From positions 411,122,001 through 411,186,000 of the forward strand of contig OZ024741.1 of assembly GCA_964016885.1 (NCBI GenBank): a DNA stretch of 64,000 nt. Reading direction: 5' to 3'. The DNA is from Eledone cirrhosa (taxonomy: Eukaryota). Position numbers and translations under genes: made by a program. The notes under the pieces were generated by a model. The model was not told where the DNA came from, did not search any database, and saw only the letters and a list, made by a program, of their open reading frames with translations. Of this stretch, positions 60,621 to 64,000 are shown piece after piece (position 1 is the stretch's first letter; every line of letters starts with the position of its first letter).

Positions 60621-60639
60621 TTTTATGTGTGTATTGTAA

Positions 60640-60752
60640 ATTTGTACTGTTAAAACACGAAACTAACATTCGATTGACACTTTGATTACCTGTACAGACA
60701 ATAGTTATTAGAATGCTGTTGAAGTGTGTATATATTTTTGGGGGACATCCTG
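60640..60752 (-). mobile_element. Probable Tc1/mariner-type DNA transposon terminal fragment
   Basis: Minus strand begins TA|CAGGATGTCCCCCAAAAATATATACACACTT, resembling mariner TIR starts (CAGGGTGTCCC...). The partner TIR was not seen and the inner boundary is uncertain. Confidence 0.45.
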
Positions 60753-60808
60753 TATATACACACATTATATATAATACAATAAACAGATAAATACGCACAT
60801 ATATATAT

Positions 60809-60911
60809 GAGCTTATTTAATTATAAATATTGTGAATTTTTAACTCAGTTCAATTATATATATAAATGGCTTCTACAGGACTAGAACTGTTTCATTCGAA
60901 AGAAATCATCA
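60809..60911 (-). mobile_element. Possible Penelope-like element fragment with a truncated minimal-hammerhead-like motif
   Basis: Minus strand TGATGA-tttctttcgaat-GAAAC-agttcta-GTC, next to a (TA)n run. Confidence 0.35.
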
Positions 60912-61107
60912 TAATATTGAGAGGGGGGACTAGATAAAATATTTCAAATCAAATGTGTATAAGTTATAAGTTAAAATGTATAAATAGAGACGATAGTGGA
61001 GGTATATCTGTTTAGTGGAACAGTAGACGATAGAATTAAATACAGACGAGAATCTCCCTTTAATGAAACAGCAGACGATAGAATTAAGGCAATTTAAATT
61101 TTAAGCA

Positions 61108-61159
61108 TTTGCCTTTCATCGTTACGGGGTCGATAAAATAAAGTACCAGTAATACACTG
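61108..61159 (+). mobile_element. SINE fragment, same family as 63855-64000
   Basis: tttgcctttcatcgttacggggtcgataaaataaagtaccagtaat shares ctttcat...tcgataaaataaagtaccagtaat with the window-end copy. Confidence 0.65.
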
Positions 61160-61523
61160 TCACTATAAGTAGACGACTTTCAAATTGAATTGTTGGTTCC
61201 ATTTCTTTAGTATTTTCAATTGTAGTTATCTACTTAAAAGCGTTACACGGTTAGAGACATAATTGGTAAGTTATATCTTCCCTATTAAACCATTGCATTA
61301 TTTCGCCTACAATAGAACAAAAATGAAATGTTCTTTAAAGAAACAGGAATATAACTTTATAAAAAAAAAAGTTGCATCCGCTTCTTTTATCATTGATAAT
61401 TTTTTCGTTTTAATATTAATTGTTTTTTGTAGTTGTTTATATTAAAAATCTTACTGTAATATTTACTTAAACGAAGGCAGACATCTAAACTTATAGATTA
61501 ATCTTGAGCGAAGGACTAGATAA

Positions 61524-61524
61524 A

Positions 61525-61563
<39 letters not shown>
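61524..61563. repeat. (TC)n(TA)n compound microsatellite
   Basis: Read directly from the sequence. Confidence 0.9.
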
Positions 61564-61564
<1 letters not shown>

Positions 61565-61865
61565 AACGAAGAATGATAACATTTCAAGCAAAGAGTTTAA
61601 TTAGGTAATGACTTACAAATTTGTTTCAGTATATATTTAATATAATATTAATATATTTTGTAATATTATTAACTAATTATTATAATTAGCGCTTCAGGCT
61701 TTGTCTATATACTGAAACAAATTTGTAAGTCATTACCTAATTAAACTCTTTGCTTGAAATTTTATCACTCTTCGTTTTGAATTTCTCCTAAGTATTCAAT
61801 ACTCTGTTGAGAAATACATTTTACATAAACAGTCTTTGTACCATTTATACGGTATTAATTACTTA

Positions 61866-61869
<4 letters not shown>
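61564..61869. mobile_element. Element with a 72-bp inverted repeat between two (TA)n tracts (Penelope-like inversion remnant or MITE)
   Basis: Arms 61564-61635 and 61706-61777 match at 70/72 with a 70-bp spacer. A further ~90 bp follows before (TA)n at 61870-61899. Confidence 0.5.
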
Positions 61870-61900
<31 letters not shown>

Positions 61901-61939
61901 CATATGATTAGAACTGTGTTTATTATTAATATTTTAATG

Positions 61940-62038
61940 GATTTAATGAAAAATTTTAGGTGTTCATATATATATTCTAAAAATGCGCGAAATCGTGAAT
62001 CCGCGATAGTTGAACCGCCAAGTAGCGAGGTATCACTG
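61940..62038 (+). mobile_element. pogo/Tigger-like DNA transposon terminal fragment
   Basis: Ends ...ccgcgatagttgaaccgccaagtagcgaggtatcactg|ta. Its reverse complement, TA|CAGTGATACCTCGCTA, resembles Tigger TIRs. The inner boundary is uncertain. Confidence 0.55.
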
Positions 62039-62066
62039 TATATATGTTTAAATATATAGTGTAGCT

Positions 62067-62537
62067 GTGATGTATCTCGCGAGTGAATCGAGACCTGTCA
62101 CTGATTTTGGTGTCCCCACTGCCGATGTGAATGAGCAACGCTGCACTTGTGAATTGGGTCTTGATGTTGCAGGCAGTTCATATACTTACAATGATGCGGT
62201 CCCACAAGCTTGTTCACATTCCTGTGCTAATAATCTAGATGGGCGTGGGCGTATTAAATTGGATGTGAAAACAGCTTACCGGATGCGGAATCGGGAGAAG
62301 TTGAGACAAAAACAGGCCGATTATAGAGCTGTGAATTTTGCTAAATTAACACAAAAACAGGCCAAGTATAGATGTTCAAAACGGTATGAGTTGGCAAACA
62401 AGCAGGCCAAGTATAGATCTGCAAATTCAGCTATTATATCTCAAAAGCAAGCCGAGCGTAGAGCTTCTAAACGTACCGAGTTGGCTAAAGAGCAGACCAA
62501 GTACAGATCTGCAAATATCTTATTGCACAAACAATAA
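62067..62537 (+). pseudogene. ORF remnant encoding six basic 15-aa repeats (YRxxNxxxLxQKQA); probably transposon-derived
   Basis: AYRMRNREKLRQKQ/ADYRAVNFAKLTQKQ/AKYRCSKRYELANKQ/AKYRSANSAIISQKQ/AERRASKRTELAKEQ/TKYRSAN. The 45-bp DNA periodicity is visible (caggccaagtatagat). Confidence 0.45.
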
Positions 62538-62748
62538 TTCTGCACAAATGTTGCTCCATTATTAGATCTAATGTTGCAACGATACAGTTAAATGTTGTCT
62601 GTGTATTTTAAAAAAGATTTGCTTATAATCTTTTCAAATTTCATTACGCCAATGATTCAAGCTCAAATTGACATTATCTAAAAAATTGTATAAACAGCGG
62701 TGGATTAGCAGTAGTGAACAGATAAATCAGTCAATTTATTAAGATTGA

Positions 62749-63402
62749 CTTGGCATCAATCAGCAAGACCTTCATTAGCTGCTCTCCAGCCATCTATTTA
62801 AAGCTGTATACATCTATGGTACGAATACACTTGGAGTTCGCGTCATCAGTCTGGAACCTCTATCTTGCTCAGAACATTGACCTCCTGGAAACTGTTCAGA
62901 GACATGCAACCAAGCGCATACCCTCCATCAGACACCTACCATACCCTGAATATTTTGCTTCCCTCTGGCAATGGACTTGGTAAACACCCACAAAGTTATT
63001 AACCATCCGACCAACAACAACCCCGAACACCTTTTTGATCTCCATGTGTCTAACACGTGGACATGCCTACAAAGTCAGAAAACAACACAGCTCCCATGAC
63101 TTTAGGAAATATTTCTTCATGCTCAGAGTTGCTGAAGGATGGAACAAACTTCCTGCATCAGTTGTTAGCTGATGACACACTGCATCCTTTAAAACCATCA
63201 TACATTCCGAAATACACCAAAACTACACCTGATGTCCCCCTTCCATACACATGCACATATGTGTATATCATGACTCATGCACTGTTCTTTTTTCATGACG
63301 TTTTTATATTACCCTATGTATTATATATGCACTTTTGATGAGTTGTAGTGCACCTCAGCATTGTACACAATATTTTCATTATTATTATCATTATTATTAT
63401 TA
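62749..63402 (+). mobile_element. 5'-truncated, degenerate CR1-type LINE 3' end with (ATT)n tail
   Basis: LYTSMVRIHLEFASSVWN...DLLETVQRHATKRIP, and from 63053 TRGHAYKVRKQHSSHDFRKYFFMLRVAEGWNKLP, are typical CR1/L2 ORF2 C-terminal motifs. Tail cattattattatcattattattatt. Confidence 0.85.
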
Positions 63403-63854
63403 CACTCATTGATCCATTTTGCACTAACTCTGCATCAAGCACCCTCACCTAAATATTAACCAATCAAGGATCCAATACAGCTATCTGTTGGATGAGTATT
63501 GTATAGTGCCAAAAACGAAACCAATCAGTTTAGCAGAAAGTTTCCAGACAAGAAACACGCATATTTTGCTATCCTCAAACACGTTTACACATGGCATGAA
63601 ATATAACTAATCCGAGATGGCTAGGTTTCATCTTCTAACTGGATATACGAAATCCATTATGTCTTGACAACAACATGAGGTAACATTGTGTTATTCACAG
63701 ACACACTTTGTACACTGTTCCATATCAGAATGTATTTCCTTCGTCACATTCACAAACAGTATTGAAAATATGTTCTTCGGCAAATAAAAATGTTTTGTTC
63801 ATAATATTTCAACTAGCGATTGCTCTACTCCACGCACGACCACCATAAATTAAT

Positions 63855-64000
63855 GACCAGCTCAACACAAGTATTGGTAGAGCGTCAGACACCATGCTTT
63901 GCAGTATTGTTATGGTCCTTTGCATTCTAAGTTCAAATCGTGCCGAGGTTAACTTCGACTTTCATACTTACTAATTCGATAAAATAAAGTACCAGTAATG
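63855..64000 (+). mobile_element. Diverged tRNA-derived SINE, truncated by the window end
   Basis: B-box-like aagttcaaatc followed by gccgaggttaacttcgactttcat...tcgataaaataaagtaccag, a motif I associate with abundant octopus SINEs. The start is approximate. Confidence 0.6.

Larger units (their letters stand above)
2324..64000 (-). other. CDC23: Giant CDC23 intron (>61 kb; its donor lies beyond the window)
   Basis: Acceptor TAG at 2326-2324. No convincing upstream CDC23 exon (expected ...ELDGxxLYL) was found in the non-satellite sequence up to 64000. Confidence 0.7.

Noticed and set aside
60690-60749. Candidate upstream CDC23 exon on the - strand ending ...NYCLY-AG|gtaatc in compatible phase
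   Set aside because: Only YCLY resembles the expected DGxxLYL. The junction codon would be Arg rather than Leu, the rest (MSPKNIYTLQQHSN) is unrelated, and it lies within a mariner-like end. RNA-seq could exclude it formally.
60127-61445. ORFs rich in Y/I/L/F at 60127, 60356, 60580 and 61263
   Set aside because: They are low-complexity, microsatellite-derived or AT-rich translations without motifs.
62031-62044. Tigger-like TIR (tacagtgata) matching 10 nt of the satellite monomer, as a possible origin of the array
   Set aside because: The match is short and AT-rich. The in-register match to the splice junction is longer and a better explanation.

Overview
Eukaryotic (animal) genomic DNA. The SINE and LINE 3'-end motifs resemble octopus/cephalopod repeats, but the organism is an inference. 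The window lies inside a minus-strand CDC23 (APC8, anaphase-promoting complex TPR subunit) gene, with two coding exons at 2191-2323 and 335-512. The intron between them is almost entirely a (GTA/GTG)n tract. The next intron upstream is longer than 61 kb and is dominated by about 52 kb (roughly 2,500 copies) of a 22/19-bp AT-rich satellite, TATATCTAYAGTGATATAATAA. On the transcribed strand the satellite monomer is the exon's own 3' splice site plus the first four exon bases (TTATTATATYACTRTAG|ATAT), so the true acceptor is the last of thousands of near-identical ones. The array shows nested kb-scale tandem duplications (about 2.1, 2.7, 3.3, 4.4 and 6.15 kb). It is interrupted by a near-full-length frameshifted RTE-clade LINE (+), a 5'-truncated copy of the same family (-) and two co-duplicated tRNA/CORE-type SINEs carrying the RTE tail. 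The last 4 kb contain transposon debris (CR1-type LINE, SINEs, pogo/Tc1 ends, Penelope-like pieces), two inverted repeats and a 15-aa-repeat ORF. All coordinates and counts were read by eye.
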